Assembly (NCBI GenBank): GCA_964016885.1 | Contig: OZ024741.1 | Span: 373,302,001 to 373,366,000 of the forward strand | Direction: 5' to 3' | Length of the DNA stretch: 64,000 nucleotides | DNA from: Eledone cirrhosa | Taxonomy: Eukaryota | Part shown: positions 12,581-26,161 of the stretch, piece after piece | Layout of the letters: every line of letters starts with the position of its first letter | Position numbering within the stretch: the stretch's first letter is position 1 | Made by a program: the position numbers and the translations under genes | Notes under the pieces: generated by a model | Database searches by the model: none | The model's input: the letters and a program-made list of their open reading frames with translations, nothing else | Told to the model about the DNA's origin: nothing

Positions 12581-14139
12581 AATGAACACACAAAGAAATG
12601 TGTTTTGAATTACATGGGGTGAAAACCACTTTAGTGCAATGCATATAATCTACGAAAAAACGAAATATACATAATACCCGGAAAAAGTAAATTAAAATGT
12701 ACTAACCATTTTAATGACTATTAAACTCCTGGACAAACTACAGATAGAGTTTGTTTCGCCGAAAATTAGTGACTGTGTCATAGAATCTCAGGGCTTCTTA
12801 ACAGGAGTAAGGATTGTAGGAACAGTACTCCTAGAGATAATTTAGGTAACTAAATATCGCACGTGGTATAGTAAGTGAACGTGTGAAACCATATGCGACA
12901 GACAGCACATAGAGGCATGAGTGGATCATAAAACGGCTAGAAATGGCAGTCTAAAGCCACTCAACTTCAAAGACTCAACAAACAACGAGAGAAATTGCTA
13001 GGAGCCAATATATATATATATATATATGTTTCCTAGCTATATTCTAATACCAGAAATGGAGAGATCTGTTTAACATAGATTTATTATATTACACACATTT
13101 CAACAATGATCAGATTCTAAACTTTCCTTTGGTCAACACAACTTCACCTTAGAAATCAAAATATCACATTGAATGCTGAATGTGGCTTACACCAGGGTTA
13201 ACTGCAATTCATAATAAACTGATATATATATTAATATATATTTTTAATTAGATGAGGCTTCTGAGCTGTAAGTCCCTGGGTTGCAGCCAATGTAGCCCCT
13301 ATTTAAATCTGATACTGTATCTTGGTAACATTAATATTTTTGTTACCATATTTTTAATGAAATACACTCTATTTCAATTAATTACTGATGAATTTTGATG
13401 TATTTACAAAAAGTATTAATTATTTTATTACAAAGATAGCAACTTAACACATGGCTCTTATATAAAATTATGTTGAAAGATTTTAATTTATATAGGAACT
13501 CTTTCAAATGAATGGCTTTGTTTCATAGAACCAATAGTGGTTTTGGTGGATAGGTATCAAAATGGTTAACTAATAACATGACAAATAGAAGTTATGGGGA
13601 TGACCAGAATGTAGAGAACTGGTAACTCACTCTAAGACATGTTGACTCCTTTTCATAGTTGATTTTTCAATTGTACATCCACACTCGAATTAAATATTTA
13701 ACCCTTTTGATACCAACCTGCTCAAAGTTTAGCGTTACACTTGATTTAACCCTTCTGATACAAAACCACCTGAAAATAGCTCAAGTCCTAATTTTCAAAT
13801 CAACTTGTTTTAAAACCTTTTTATACCAACCTGCTCAAAATTGCCTCTGGTGCTATGAAAGAAAGCCACTGATTTTAAAAGGCTGTTATCTAAATTAAAA
13901 TCTTCCAACATAATTTTATATAAGAACCATTAATTACAAATCCTATATTAATAATGAAATTTATAATTTTAGTAAATCCCTCAAAAATTTGTTTATTAAT
14001 TAATTGAAAAACAATGTATTTCATTATAAATATGGCAATGAAAGGCTTAAATATTTAAATGAAACATCCCATAGTTTCATAAACAGACAATATTTCTTTG
14101 ATAACAAAACTCTTGTTGAAAGAAAACAAAGCAACAGTC

Positions 14140-14217
14140 ACTTACTGATACACTTTCTCAGCAATTTACTTCGTACTTACCTGGAAAAAGAAGAAAGAAA
14201 GAAAGAAATATTATTAG
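14140..14217 (-). promoter_or_regulatory. Candidate recursive splice site (ratchet point) with a 35-nt cryptic RS-exon
   Basis: Minus strand: CTAAT (14217-14213), 25 consecutive pyrimidines (14208-14184), CAG|GTAAGT junction at 14181/14180, second GTAAGT at 14145-14140. Confidence 0.6.
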
Positions 14218-14569
14218 AGGATAAAGTAGAAATATTTGCTCTGGAGGGCCTAAATTTTCTCCACAAAGGAAACAATTTCAGAATAACATATTAGTTTCAT
14301 AATTAATTTTACTATTGTTAACAACAATGCAGCTGGGATAAACTGTTATAGAAATTTAGAAACATAGACAGCAAATACTAAACATTGTATTAGATTAAGA
14401 AAGAAATAGTAAAATTGAACACTTTCAACAATTGTATTGCCAATAGCAAACTTTACAGAAACAAAAATGTAATTCCATGTTAAATTCATATAATTGCCCT
14501 TAATTATCTAATTTTCTTGTTTTCACACAAGGCAATGGTAGATTGAGTTATTTAAAGATAGATATAGAA

Positions 14570-15200
14570 AATAGAGAGAAAGACTGAGAGTGAGGGAGTG
14601 TGATTATAGATGCATTTGTGTATGAGTGTATGTGTGTAACTGAGTGTGTGTGTGTATGTGTCATTTTGTGTATGTGTGAGGGACTTTGTGTATGTATGTG
14701 TGTGTGATATTTTGTGTATGTGTGTGTAAATGTGTGTTTGTGACTGTGAGTATGGAGTCTGTGTGACTTTGCATAAGTGTGTGTGTGTGTGTATAGGCAA
14801 ATGTGTATAGATATGTGTGTGAGTGTGTGTGAATAATGTGTAACTTTGTTAGTGTGTATGTGTGTGCATCTATGTAAATATATATCTGTGTGAATGCATG
14901 TGTCTATGAGTTGCGTGTCTATGTAAGCATGTATATATATATGTATGTGTCTGTGTGAATGTGTATCTGTATGAGTGTGTGTCTATGTATTTGTGTTTGC
15001 ATCTCTGTGAGTGTGTGTCTGTGTGTGTGTGAGTGTGTGAATGTGTCTATCAGTTATGTGTCTATATAAGCATGTATATATGTATTTGTCTGTGTCAATG
15101 TGTATCTGTATGACTGTGTGTCTGTTTGTGTGTGCATCTGTGTGTGTGAGTATGTGTGTGAATCTGTCTAGGAGTTATGTGTCTATATATGCATGTCTGT
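14570..15200. repeat. Degenerate (TG)n-rich low-complexity tract
   Basis: Continuous tgtg/tatg repeats. Confidence 0.9.
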
Positions 15201-15326
15201 GTTAATATTTAAATAATTATCTTCCACAAAAGGAACACCTCAGGAATTTTGTATTATTTTGTAAATATAATTTTTTTTTAAATAGGAACTAACTAGTTTA
15301 ATAAATACAAGTTGAAGATTATTATT

Positions 15327-15515
15327 AGGTGGATTGGCAGTATCAGTAGAGAGTCAGACACCATGCTTTGAAGTATAAAGTTATGTCCCTTTATGATCTG
15401 AGTTCAAATTCCACCGAGGTTAACTTTGCCTTTCATCCTTACGGGGTCGATAAAATAAAGTACCAGTAATGTACTGGGTAATTGCTGGCCTTGTGCCAAA
15501 AGTAGAAACAATTAT
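15327..15515 (+). mobile_element. tRNA-derived SINE (short, young type)
   Basis: ggtggattggcagtatc...ctgagttcaaattccaccgaggttaactttgcctttcatcc...ttgtgccaaaagtagaaacaattatta; near-identical copies at 19298-19468(-), 28760-28972(-), 35241-35433(+), 38505-38622(-) and 39290-39470(-). Confidence 0.85.
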
Positions 15516-15964
15516 TAGTAGATATTTCCAGAACATGCTGACTTCTACCAATCTATATTACTTAACACATTCTAAATCATGAAGGTGTGTGGCTTAGCGG
15601 TTAGGGAATTGGATTTGCAATTGTGAGGTTACAAGTTTGATTCCCAGACCGGGTGATGTATTTTGTCCTTGAGCAAGACACTTTATTTAATGTTGCTCTT
15701 TCTGTCAGGAGTTGCAACTGGTAGATAGTATCAGCAATGGAATAACCAATAGAAACATTGTTTCCTTGGTATGATTTGTTGAGTTCCACTCCACTTGGTA
15801 AGAGAATGAGGTCTGAAATCATTTTGATCAGTTCTCCCATCCATTGTGAAGGAATGTTGCTTAGTGGTCAGAGTACTGGTTTCATTATCATAAGGTTGTG
15901 GGTTTAATCCCTGGACCATAGGGCATGTTCTTGAACAAAATGTTTCATTTCAGGTTGCTTTTCA

Positions 15965-16200
15965 TGATAGGACTGGGGCCCCTATAATTAAAACACCTGA
16001 GAATCCTTCTATGTGATACAACCTGATGAGAGACCTACTAAAGCTGCAGTGGCTTAGTTGCTCTTTCTAACAGAGTGAGCGACCACATAGAGTTTCCATT
16101 GTAGCCTTGACCTATGCAGGTTTATTTGGCCCTCATACAAGGTTGTATCTCATAGGAGATTTCTCAGGTGTTTTAATGAGAGGGACCTCATTCTTATAAT
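15965..16200. mobile_element. MITE-like inverted repeat inserted in a SINE
   Basis: ttaaaacacctgagaatcc...gatacaacct is mirrored by aggttgtatctcataggagatttctcaggtgttttaa. Confidence 0.55.
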
Positions 16201-16922
16201 GTTGCTCTTACACCTCACTGTGTTAGAAATAGCAACCAAACCACTTTTAATGACAGCCTGTTGTCTTGACCTTTTTAATAGCAAACCACCTGGTTGTAAA
16301 ATACAAAACTCTTGGCTTTAAAGTGTTTTTATTTATCTAAAAAAGTTTCCACCATAATTTTATGTAAGAACTTTTGTTAAGTTATGTTCCAAACATCAGA
16401 TAAATAATCAGAAAGTCAGTTATATAACTAAAATTTTCCAAATCTTTAATTATTTTAATAATTATTTGAAAATTAGTCAAATAAAGATAATGTAGTTCCT
16501 GATATACAAAAATAAAAAAAAGATGAGATACTCATTGTTGAAACACATTTGATCATAGATCTGCTTGATCAAGTTTGACCTGGTGTTAAACAACAATGGC
16601 AACAACAATAAATCATAGGTAACTAGTTCTGTTTTTTTGTGGACTTAGCAGAGTAATAGAAAGCAATTGGTCCTGTGGGAATCCCCCTCTTCAATTAGAA
16701 ACAACCACCAAATAACAAAGATCAATATGACATTTTTAATGGGTTTTTTGTGTGTGTGTGTCTGGTGAGGAGATGGGATCCACCAAGTTTTAAAAGTTGC
16801 ACATATATAGACTTTTAAAACTTGGCAGATCCCTCACCAGACACTCACAAAAAAAAAAAAAAGAATTGGATCCGCACAGCACATGCCAGGACAGCCCATC
16901 ATGTCCATCAATGGAAAATAAA

Positions 16923-17288
16923 AGACAGCCTAGCATGTGACTGTGGGGACCTTGACCAGACAACCCAGCATGTACTGTGGGGACCCTGACTAGACAGCTC
17001 AGCTTGTGACTGTGGAGACCCTGACTAGATAACTCAGCATGTGACTGTGGGGACCCTGACCAGACAGCCCAGCATGTGACTGTGGGGATCCTGACTAGAT
17101 AACTCAGCATGTGACTGTGGGGACCCTGACCAGACAGCTCAACATGTGACTGTAGGGACTCTGACTAGACAGCCCAGCATGTGACTGTGGGGATCCTGAC
17201 TAGACAGCCAAGCATGTTACTAAGGGGACCCTGACTAGATAGCTCAGTATGTTACTGTGGGGACACTGACCAGACAGTGCTGCATGTT
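16923..17288. repeat. 35-bp minisatellite, about 10.5 copies
   Basis: Unit agacagcccagcatgtgactgtggggaccctgact, tandem without spacers. Confidence 0.9.
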
Positions 17289-17475
17289 CTTCGAGATTGT
17301 TCCATCAGACATTTTCCCAGCAATCCATAATACTATAAATGATGCCTTAGTCTGGCTCACCAATCTCGAAGTGTCACTCTAACCATTGTGCATATGTCAT
17401 ATGACAAGAAGGTTTTAAAAAATGCCCAAGAAATACTGTATGTCAACTGTGGTACCCCTTCAAGTTATGGGTCAA

Positions 17476-17698
17476 TCCTTTAACATTTAAATCTGCTGTG
17501 TATCCGGCCAGAATTCTTTCACTTCTTTCTGTTCAACCAGCTGTAACCAGCCACTCATACTGATGTTAAGGTATTGTTCTCAAAGTAAATACTATCAAAA
17601 TCTCATAGATTCAATATTATGTGAGATAATTATGTGAGATAAAGCCTTAACTGTGAAAATATAATAGTAAATATAATAGTAAGTATAATGTAATAGGG
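17476..17698. mobile_element. piggyBac-type MITE (family 1), diverged
   Basis: Internal sequence matches 11454-11671 and 63677-63907. Confidence 0.65.
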
Positions 17699-17827
17699 TT
17701 TAACTCAACACACACACATATATATTATATATCATATAGATTTTTAAAAATTGGAATTTTGACATTGCTACCATCACTACTATCACTGTCACTATTCTCT
17801 CTTGCCCACATACTCAGACACACTTAC

Positions 17828-17914
17828 CATCCTCTTTCCAACATATCAGACATTTTATATGACAGGTACAACAGTTTTAATGCAACAGATAATCAGTTAT
17901 CATCAACTCTATCT
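17828..17914 (-). other. Candidate 87-nt exon of an unidentified minus-strand gene, possibly containing a start codon (MSDMLERG...)
   Basis: Acceptor tgtttcttcag| at 17915 and donor atg|gtaagtg at 17827; ATG at 17853 in an aaaATG context; non-repetitive sequence. Confidence 0.35.
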
Positions 17915-20421
17915 CTGAAGAAACATAATCAATGAGTTTAGAGAAAGTATGCTTCAGAGTTCAGTTAAGTAGGAAGCTCAATCAATAGCAGATACAAATA
18001 AAATGATTAATCTTCCACGAGGTAATGTGATGGAACACTGTTTTATTAGTATATTCAGTATATTGGTATTGGTCATACTTCATCATTTGAGTGGCATTTC
18101 ACATTTATTTTCAGTAGACCATCTTCAGTTTTAATAGTAAAACTATCATCATCATCACCATCACCATCGTCATTTTACATCTGCTTTCCATGCTGGTATG
18201 GGTCGTCATGGTTTGAGATTGGACAAGTTGCAGAATCTCTTCTTATTTTTGATATAGGTTTATGGTTGGATGTCGTTTATAACACTAATTACTTTACTAA
18301 GTGCATTGGGTGCATTTCATTGTGGCACCAGCACTAGAGAGGTTATTATGTCCACAGTAGAACTAAAAGAGGATCCTCTCAAACCTATATGGTCTTAATC
18401 CAATAATTACCACTTTTTAGATTCCACTAATTTCATGAAATGTATTTTGAATGTATTTAAGAGCTGTACTTGTTTGACAAGTCACTTGTGATACAGAGTG
18501 GAAGTGTGCTAACGACCACCTGGTCACTGACATGATAAGACAAGATATTAACAACACTATTAACTCTTGTAGTGACCTACATTCCGCGGGCTCATATATA
18601 TTCTCCATGCGTTATTTGGCTCAGCCCAGCCAATGACCGCCAGCAGAGGAGAATTTATTTCTACACGCCCCGAGGGAAAAATTCCCGCGTCGATTCGAGA
18701 AATCTTTCTCTTGCAGCCTGACCATGGAAAGGTAAACTATTTTTATTTCACCATGAAATCACTAGCCAATATGTAACACAACAATTTAACCATGGCCTGG
18801 CAACAGTAGACCATGCAACAGTAGACCGTGCCTTCTGAAATCTTAATTTGTTTGTTTTATTTCTCTTGGTATACCAGCTCTACTCAGCTCAACCTTTGTT
18901 AATAAATAATGTAAAACATGCTAAAGTCGTTATCGATATTCCTATCATAACTTTCTACCAAACTGGTTACTCGTGGCGCTATAACTATTACATTACTACT
19001 TCTATATAATACTAAGACAGAGGAGTATATAAGTATGAAATGCTCCTTTAAAATATATATATACATTCAACTATTCTTCCTGTTAAACTCTTAATATCCT
19101 GTAGTGATTTAGCAGAAAATATGTTTGAAAATGATTTTGTTAATGCAAATGTTTATAGTATCCTTACTAGTGGACAGAAAATTGTGAAAATTTGCTGCAT
19201 TGGAATAAACACATTAATTTTTAATTGTCGGCCCGTCTAACCCATGCTAGCGTGGAAGAACGGACGTAAAACGGTGATGATGATGTCTCTCCTTTTGGCA
19301 CAAGGCCAGCAATTATCCCAGTGCATTACTGGTACTTTATTTTATCAACCCCGTAAGGATGAAAGGCAAAGTTAACCTCAGTGGGATTTGACCTCAGACC
19401 GTAAAAAGCCGTAACTCTATGCTGAAAAGCATGGCATCCAACCCTCTACCAATACTGCCAATCCACCAATTTTGAATGTGACACAGTCATATTGTTGTTT
19501 TGTACTTTTCAAGAATGTCTTGCTAATTGAGGTTATTTGCTGTACCGGATATTAACCTTCAGCACACTGAATTATTTTATGAATTGCTTCCCTTGACACT
19601 GCATTATGTATTAAGGGGAGATTACTCTATTCTCGCAATTTGTCGCCCACAGTGCTTTAAAGGTTAAGAGTTAATAAGTAAATGCAAAATGTAACTGCCC
19701 CCATCCTCTCAAATGAAATTTTAAAAAACATACAGAATAGGTAATGAGTTAATACCGTTCTTGATCACCTTACTTTGATTTGCAACTTGGCTTCTCCTTC
19801 CTGTAATACAAAACCACATTCTTATCCTTCAGATAGATTTCTGTATTCTTCTCTTCAGAGTATGGGGTAAGCTATTCAAAGACTTCAGGAAATGTCTCAA
19901 TTATCATGTTCAATAAGTTGGCTAGTAATATGGTTTCTTCCTTCTTTAGTTGTTTTTGCTCCCCATAGAACATTTGATGACTTTTATTGTTTCTGTAGTA
20001 ATTTTACTTAATGGAGGTAAGGTTACTAGCCTTCCACACCATCTAAATTTAAATATTAATCTATGATAAAATAAAGCAACGAAGAAAAACAAAATGGAAA
20101 ACATCTTATCTTCTATCTTATGTCCAAAAGTTATATATATTCAAATCTCAGCATCATAGCAAGATAACACAAAATTATTATCATCATTATTTCTAGACAG
20201 AAGTTTCTTTAAAATATTAAACTTTGACATTGATAAAGGTAATGTCAAATATGGTTTGGGTATTTGTATTATAATTGTGATAAAAAAGTGGTTTAATCAT
20301 ATTACCTTATGAAAGATTAATAATTCATCTGTATCTGCAATTGATTAAACTTCACACTTAATCCTTCTGATACCAAATCCCCTGAAACCACATCTGAATC
20401 GCAGATGCAAGACTGTTTTAA

Positions 20422-20598
20422 CCCTTTACCATTTACATTACTCTATATTTACTATTATATTTTCACTTTAAAGGCTTTACCTCACATAATTATCTCACAT
20501 AATATCGAATCTATGAGATTTTGATATTATTTATTTTGAGAACAATACCTTAATATAAGTATGAGCAGCCAGTTATGGCCGGTTTAAATGCTAAAGGG
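20422..20598. mobile_element. piggyBac-type MITE (family 1) nested in a family-2 TTAA MITE
   Basis: TTAA-ccctttaccattt...aaatgctaaaggg-tt. Confidence 0.7.
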
Positions 20599-21329
20599 TT
20601 TAAAGTGATTATCATCTTCATCATTTAACATGTTTTCTTTGCTAGCAATGGTTGGACATGTCATCACACATAGTCAGTACTCAAATGGAGCCTGACATAC
20701 GATCCCATACTCTACCGAATGCATTTTATCATGGCACCAACACTGTCATGTCATATTGACCCCAATACCTGACTGGTTCTTTATTTTTATCAACCTTGAA
20801 ACAATGAAAGGCAAAGCTGATCTCAGGGCCATAACAAAATACTGCATTAACAATTCTGCTGATCAATGTAATTGAATGGACCTATGATCAAAGATGTCCC
20901 AGCCATGACCATCTCATCATTTTGTATATTTGGGACTAGATTATCCAATTCTTTAAGATTGCAGGCTGTCATTTGAGCATGATTTGGTTGTTATTTCTAG
21001 CAAATTGAGCTGCTACACTTAGAGACACTGTTATTGTCTCAATCTATAAATTTATTGTTGATTGAAACTAACTTTTTCTGGAAGTATCTACTCATCTAAT
21101 ATTGGTGCAATACTCTTCAAATTATATCAAGTATTCAGTCAATTTATAGGTGTCATAAAGAAGGTATTTATTACATCTATAAACTGTTTTTTTCAATGTC
21201 TAAAAAGATACTGGGGGTGGTGTGATAAATTTTATGTCTGTGTGGTTAAGAAGTCCAATTTGAAACTACATAGCTCTAAGTTTGTTTTTTCCTGAATGGA
21301 ATTTAATAGATGGAAACTGTGTGAAGCCT

Positions 21330-21695
21330 GTCATCATCATCATCTTTTTATGTTGACTTTTTTATGTGATAGCACAGGTTAGATGGGTTTTTCCAGGACT
21401 GCTTCTCACCACATACCATGTTCCTTCATTATTTCTTCTGTCAGATGCAGCATTTTGAGAGCCACTCTCATCACTTCTGCCCAGGTCTTCCTTGGACTTT
21501 TTTTACTGCAGCTTCCTTCTATTGAGAACTTCTGACACTTCTTCCCCTAACAATCATTATCCATACACATCACATGTCCATACCAGCACAGTCTTCTCTC
21601 CTGCATACTACATTTGATTCCTCTTATACCCGTTTGTTTCTCCCAGTCAATTAGTATTTTCGCCATTCATGCATATTGACATCACACATCCAATC
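21330..21695 (-). mobile_element. Decayed RTE 3' fragment
   Basis: Reverse complement encodes QERRLCWYGHVM...PRKTWAEV and ends in (GAT)n. Confidence 0.7.
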
Positions 21696-23426
21696 ATTTT
21701 ATATCATAAGTAATTTTGACGGTTACTTATAAGTTTTACCATGTGCCCAACTTAATAAGGCTATTTTATTGAGCCAGGCACACAGCCAAAATTATGATTA
21801 ACTGTCACAATTTCTTATAATATAAAAAAAAGAAACGTATATTTTCCAGCATAATATTCCTCGACTTGTTGTGCTCCTTCATCATCATCATCTTTGTGTG
21901 GTTCAACATCTTCAGATCAGCTTTCTTTGCTTCTTCCCATGTCTTTTTTTTTTTTATCTTCTTTCACAGACACATTCTGCCCAAAGCTCCTGCCACTTCT
22001 TCATCCAAAGATCGTCATCTATATGCATAGCATGTGTATACCAGTGAAATCTTTCCTCTTTTACATTACATCTGGTTCCTCTTTCGCCCAGTTTTACCTT
22101 CAGAATATGTGTGCTTCATCATTCATGTGCACAAACATTACACATCCAGCATAGCCTGCTAGCCTCATTTCATTCTAAACTCTGCATTCATTTGGTGGAA
22201 CACCTTAATGGCTCAACATTATCACAATACTCGTGTATGTAATATTACCTGTCCGACACATGACAAATACTTTGGGGAGTATACGTGTGCCATTGAGAGT
22301 AACATCGGATAATGTTACATAGGTAAAATAATTATGATTTTAATTTTTTCAATTTTCATAAAATTGTGAAATGAATGTTAATTTTGAAAAATAATAATAG
22401 TTATTAATTTAAAATAAGATAAAATAAAACAAATAAATATTTAGAGATAAATAAATAACATTATAATTCCCTGTAGCTGCATTTGACTAAAATTATTCAT
22501 ACCAACTTTCACATTCAAACATTACAAATGTAGTGCTAACGTTTTTGATACCAAACTGCTTGAAACTGCCTCTGGTCCTATGTTTCAAAACTTATTTTAT
22601 TTTAGAGTGTTCATAGTTATCTAAAAACCTTTCATCATAATTTTATGAAAGAAACTTATGCTTAGTAATGAGAAAGTTAGTTATGTTACTAAATCGTTCC
22701 AAATCCTCCATTATTTTAAAATCATAAGCAATATCGTTCATTAGAAATATAATGATGAAAACAATTTGAGAAAAATAAAAAAAAATTTGAGAAATGGAAT
22801 ATACATTTTCCTATCTGTGTATTCCAAGAATATGTTACTTTGTACTAAAACTGTAAGCATTCGCTTTTCATTCATAACTTTCAATGTATGTGTGGATGCA
22901 TATCAGTTCATTATTTAATTCGGTGAGAATGTTTTTAGTGTTGCAAAAGTGACGGGCAAACAGAGAATATACATGTGGGAATCATATTATTAGATTTCTT
23001 CTTATCCAGTTATACACATTCTTATTACTTTGCCATTGATGAATAACTTTGTAGTTGGTCAGTTGGAAGTGGGGTGGAGGAGCTAATGCCTTGAAGCTTA
23101 CATATGAAAATCCATTCCTTTTTTGCTCTAGCTTAACATATGTATTAGTTCTGTCATTGTAGTTTATGTGTTTGTAGGTTCAATAAATATTGATCATCAA
23201 TTCTTCACAAGCTGATATTGTTTATTTTCTGGAAAGGGATAAGTTTCAAAGACAGAGATGTGTTAGTCATAAACTATATTCTCACTAATAAAATCAGAAA
23301 ATATGATTCACTCAGCATCAATTTTCTGAACTTCATATACAAACAGCCAGTAACATCTATAACAATATTTCATCTTGCATTTCTTAGATTAAATTAAAGG
23401 CATATTCAAATTTAGATTAATATATA

Positions 23427-23471
<45 letters not shown>

Positions 23472-23475
<4 letters not shown>

Positions 23476-24125
23476 GAATAAGAGGGATCAGATGCTGTTT
23501 ACTTGAGAGAAGATTATGTTGGTATGGTCACGTGATGTGCATGAAAGATGACAGCTGTATAAAAAAAGTGCAGGGCTATCAAAATGGATGGAAGTTATGG
23601 AGTAGGTAGACCCAGAAAAATCTGGGACGACATGATAAAATCTGACCTTGCACACTTACACCTCTCTAAGACAATGTCATTAGATTGAGACCTTTGGCGC
23701 TACGCAGTAATACAAAAGACCTGCCTTCCCTTACATACAAAGTTAAACCAACAGTTAGTAGGCACCTCTTAACCAAATATACACCCCACTCCCCCTACTC
23801 CATCCTCCCACTCTCACCACCTTTCTCTGTAAAGTTATGTTGGTACCACAAAACATCCAGTCCACACTAAAGAGGTTGTGTAGGTGTCACGGCAAAAAGC
23901 ACCCAGTCCACGCTATAAAGTGGACATGTAGGAGACACGGTAAAAAGGCTCCCAGTCCACACTGTAAATGTGGTTGGTGTTAGGAAGGGCATCCAGCCGT
24001 AGAAAAATGCCAGATACAGTCCTATATGAGCGAGACACGGTCACCTGATCAATCTTGCCTCATGTGGGACAATTCCCATCTAACCCATGCTAACGTGGAA
24101 GATAGACATTAAACAATTATGATGA
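23472..24125 (+). mobile_element. RTE LINE 3' fragment with long 3'UTR
   Basis: GIRGIRCCLLERRLCWYGHVM...GRPRKIWD; UTR matches 57730-58127. Confidence 0.85.
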
Positions 24126-25791
24126 TATATATATATATATATATTATCATTATCATCGTTTAATGTCTATCTTTATATATAGCAGATACTCTGTAAAGTG
24201 GTAATGCTGGTACAATGATAGAATACACATAGTATATTCTGTAAAATATTTGGTAGAAAGGAAGAACATCCTGTTACAGAAACCATGCCAAATTATAAAA
24301 CATGTTAAGCAAGATGTGGTCCTCCAACCTGACTAGTATCAGACCGTGATGACTTGTTCACCCCATACCAGCATGGGAACCAGACATAAAATGATGGTGA
24401 TGAGAATGATGATGATGATAAGTTACTGAACATCTAGTTTCTGAACTGACTGATTATATAAACAGTATTTCTATGCTATAGCAATGTTTTATCTTGCATT
24501 TCTTAATTTAAATTAAAGAAGTACTGACATGGCTATAAAATTGAGGCTTGTTTGCATAATTGCAAATGAATCGAATGCTATTATTAATATTCGAAAAACT
24601 CAGATTACATTTATAATTTTAGATTAATATGTACTAAAAAAGTCTAAAGTCTCTCTCAAGCCTAGAGGTCCATCAGGCCAGTGCTTATTCTGGTTTCTGT
24701 TCTTTTAAGTGACTGACATTACAAACTTCCTCCTGGATAGGACACCAGTCCATTGCAGGGTTAAACCCACAGCTACTACAGCTGCTCATCTCAGCTGAGT
24801 ATGCTGAGCAATGTGAATGAAGTGTTTTACTCAAGAACCCAACACATAACCCAGTCCAGGAATTGAACCCATGACATTATGATCGTCAGTCCAACACACT
24901 TAGAACTAGGCCATATATTTTCAGTTTACACATTGTTATCAGTGTGGTAATGGCTACATTAACATGTCTCCCTTGCTATTCTCCAAGTAATGCTTTTTTG
25001 TTATTCTGTTTGCTTAGGATCATGAGATGCTTGCACCTGGAGTTCTGCATGCCAGAGAGTATTCCTTTACACTGTCTATGCAAGGATCATTGGGATAGCA
25101 ATGATTTAGGTTGCTAATATCTATAACATCTGTCTCCACCACACACACACACACACACACTCACACACACACACACACACACACTCACTCACTCACTCAC
25201 ACACACGATTTGTGCTTAGATATGATGAACCAGGTTACACATAAATATTTTTAGAGATTGCCATTTACTTCGAGATTAACCTCAATGAGATTTACTTTCA
25301 GACCAGTATCAATGGAACATATTTCCTACAATCAAATGAGTAAACAGCAAAACTCTCAACATTGTGTAATCTATTGTTATAAGAAATTTCAGTACAGCTG
25401 TTAGAAATGGATTGTGTATGCGATAAACACATGTTACTGTCACAGCTGCCTTATCAAGGAATAGACAACAATTGCAGCAAAAGACCACCTGTTTCAGTAC
25501 CATATAGAATATAAAAAGACTCCTATTTCTATACTCTACAGTTCATTTTATATCATTATTATCATCAACGTTTAATATTCTATTTTCCATGCTTGCATGG
25601 ATTAGACATGTTGTAATTTGCTGAGGCTAGACTGGTCAGTGTGACCATGTCCTGCTTGGACAACTCCATTTTGGCTTGATATCTTCAGCTGGATACTCTT
25701 CCTAAAGCTAATCCCTTTATGCACACATATATATATATATATGTACACACACACATATATATATAGATATATATATAGAGAGAGATACACA

Positions 25792-25991
25792 NNNNNNNNN
25801 NNNNNNNNNNNNNNNNNNNNNNNNNNNNNNNNNNNNNNNNNNNNNNNNNNNNNNNNNNNNNNNNNNNNNNNNNNNNNNNNNNNNNNNNNNNNNNNNNNNN
25901 NNNNNNNNNNNNNNNNNNNNNNNNNNNNNNNNNNNNNNNNNNNNNNNNNNNNNNNNNNNNNNNNNNNNNNNNNNNNNNNNNNNNNNNNNNN
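25792..25991. other. Assembly gap (200 N)
   Basis: Run of n; the true size and the continuity across it are unknown. Confidence 0.98.
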
Positions 25992-26118
25992 TTCCATTTA
26001 CCGTTTTCGGTGCGCCGGCCGACTAACTCACTCGATATGCAAATTAGGCTGCTCAACCGTTAATATACATAAGGAAAGTATATACTTTCAAACGTTCAAT
26101 CATCTGACAGAAAGGTAT

Positions 26119-26161
26119 ACGATGCTGACGATAGCTAATAAGCTTGAAACTAGTTCATCGT
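26119..26161 (+). ncRNA. Minimal hammerhead ribozyme in a CpG-rich Penelope-type pLTR next to the gap
   Basis: acgatg CTGACGA t-agct-aata-agct-t GAAA ctag TT catcgt; predicted cut after 26155. Confidence 0.7.

Noticed and set aside
14174-14184. tacttacctgg resembles the 5' end of U1 snRNA
   Set aside because: The match stops after 11 nt with no U1 stem-loops; it is simply the complement of a consensus 5' splice site
15327-15420. tRNA genes
   Set aside because: A/B-box-like heads continue into SINE bodies and do not form a cloverleaf
16923-17288. CRISPR-like array of 35-bp repeats
   Set aside because: Units are directly tandem with no unique spacers, there are no cas genes, and the context is eukaryotic
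26030-26050. ATGCAAAT octamer as an snRNA or histone H2B promoter
   Set aside because: No snRNA or histone sequence is visible; the neighbouring hammerhead points to a retroelement terminus, though the gap prevents full exclusion
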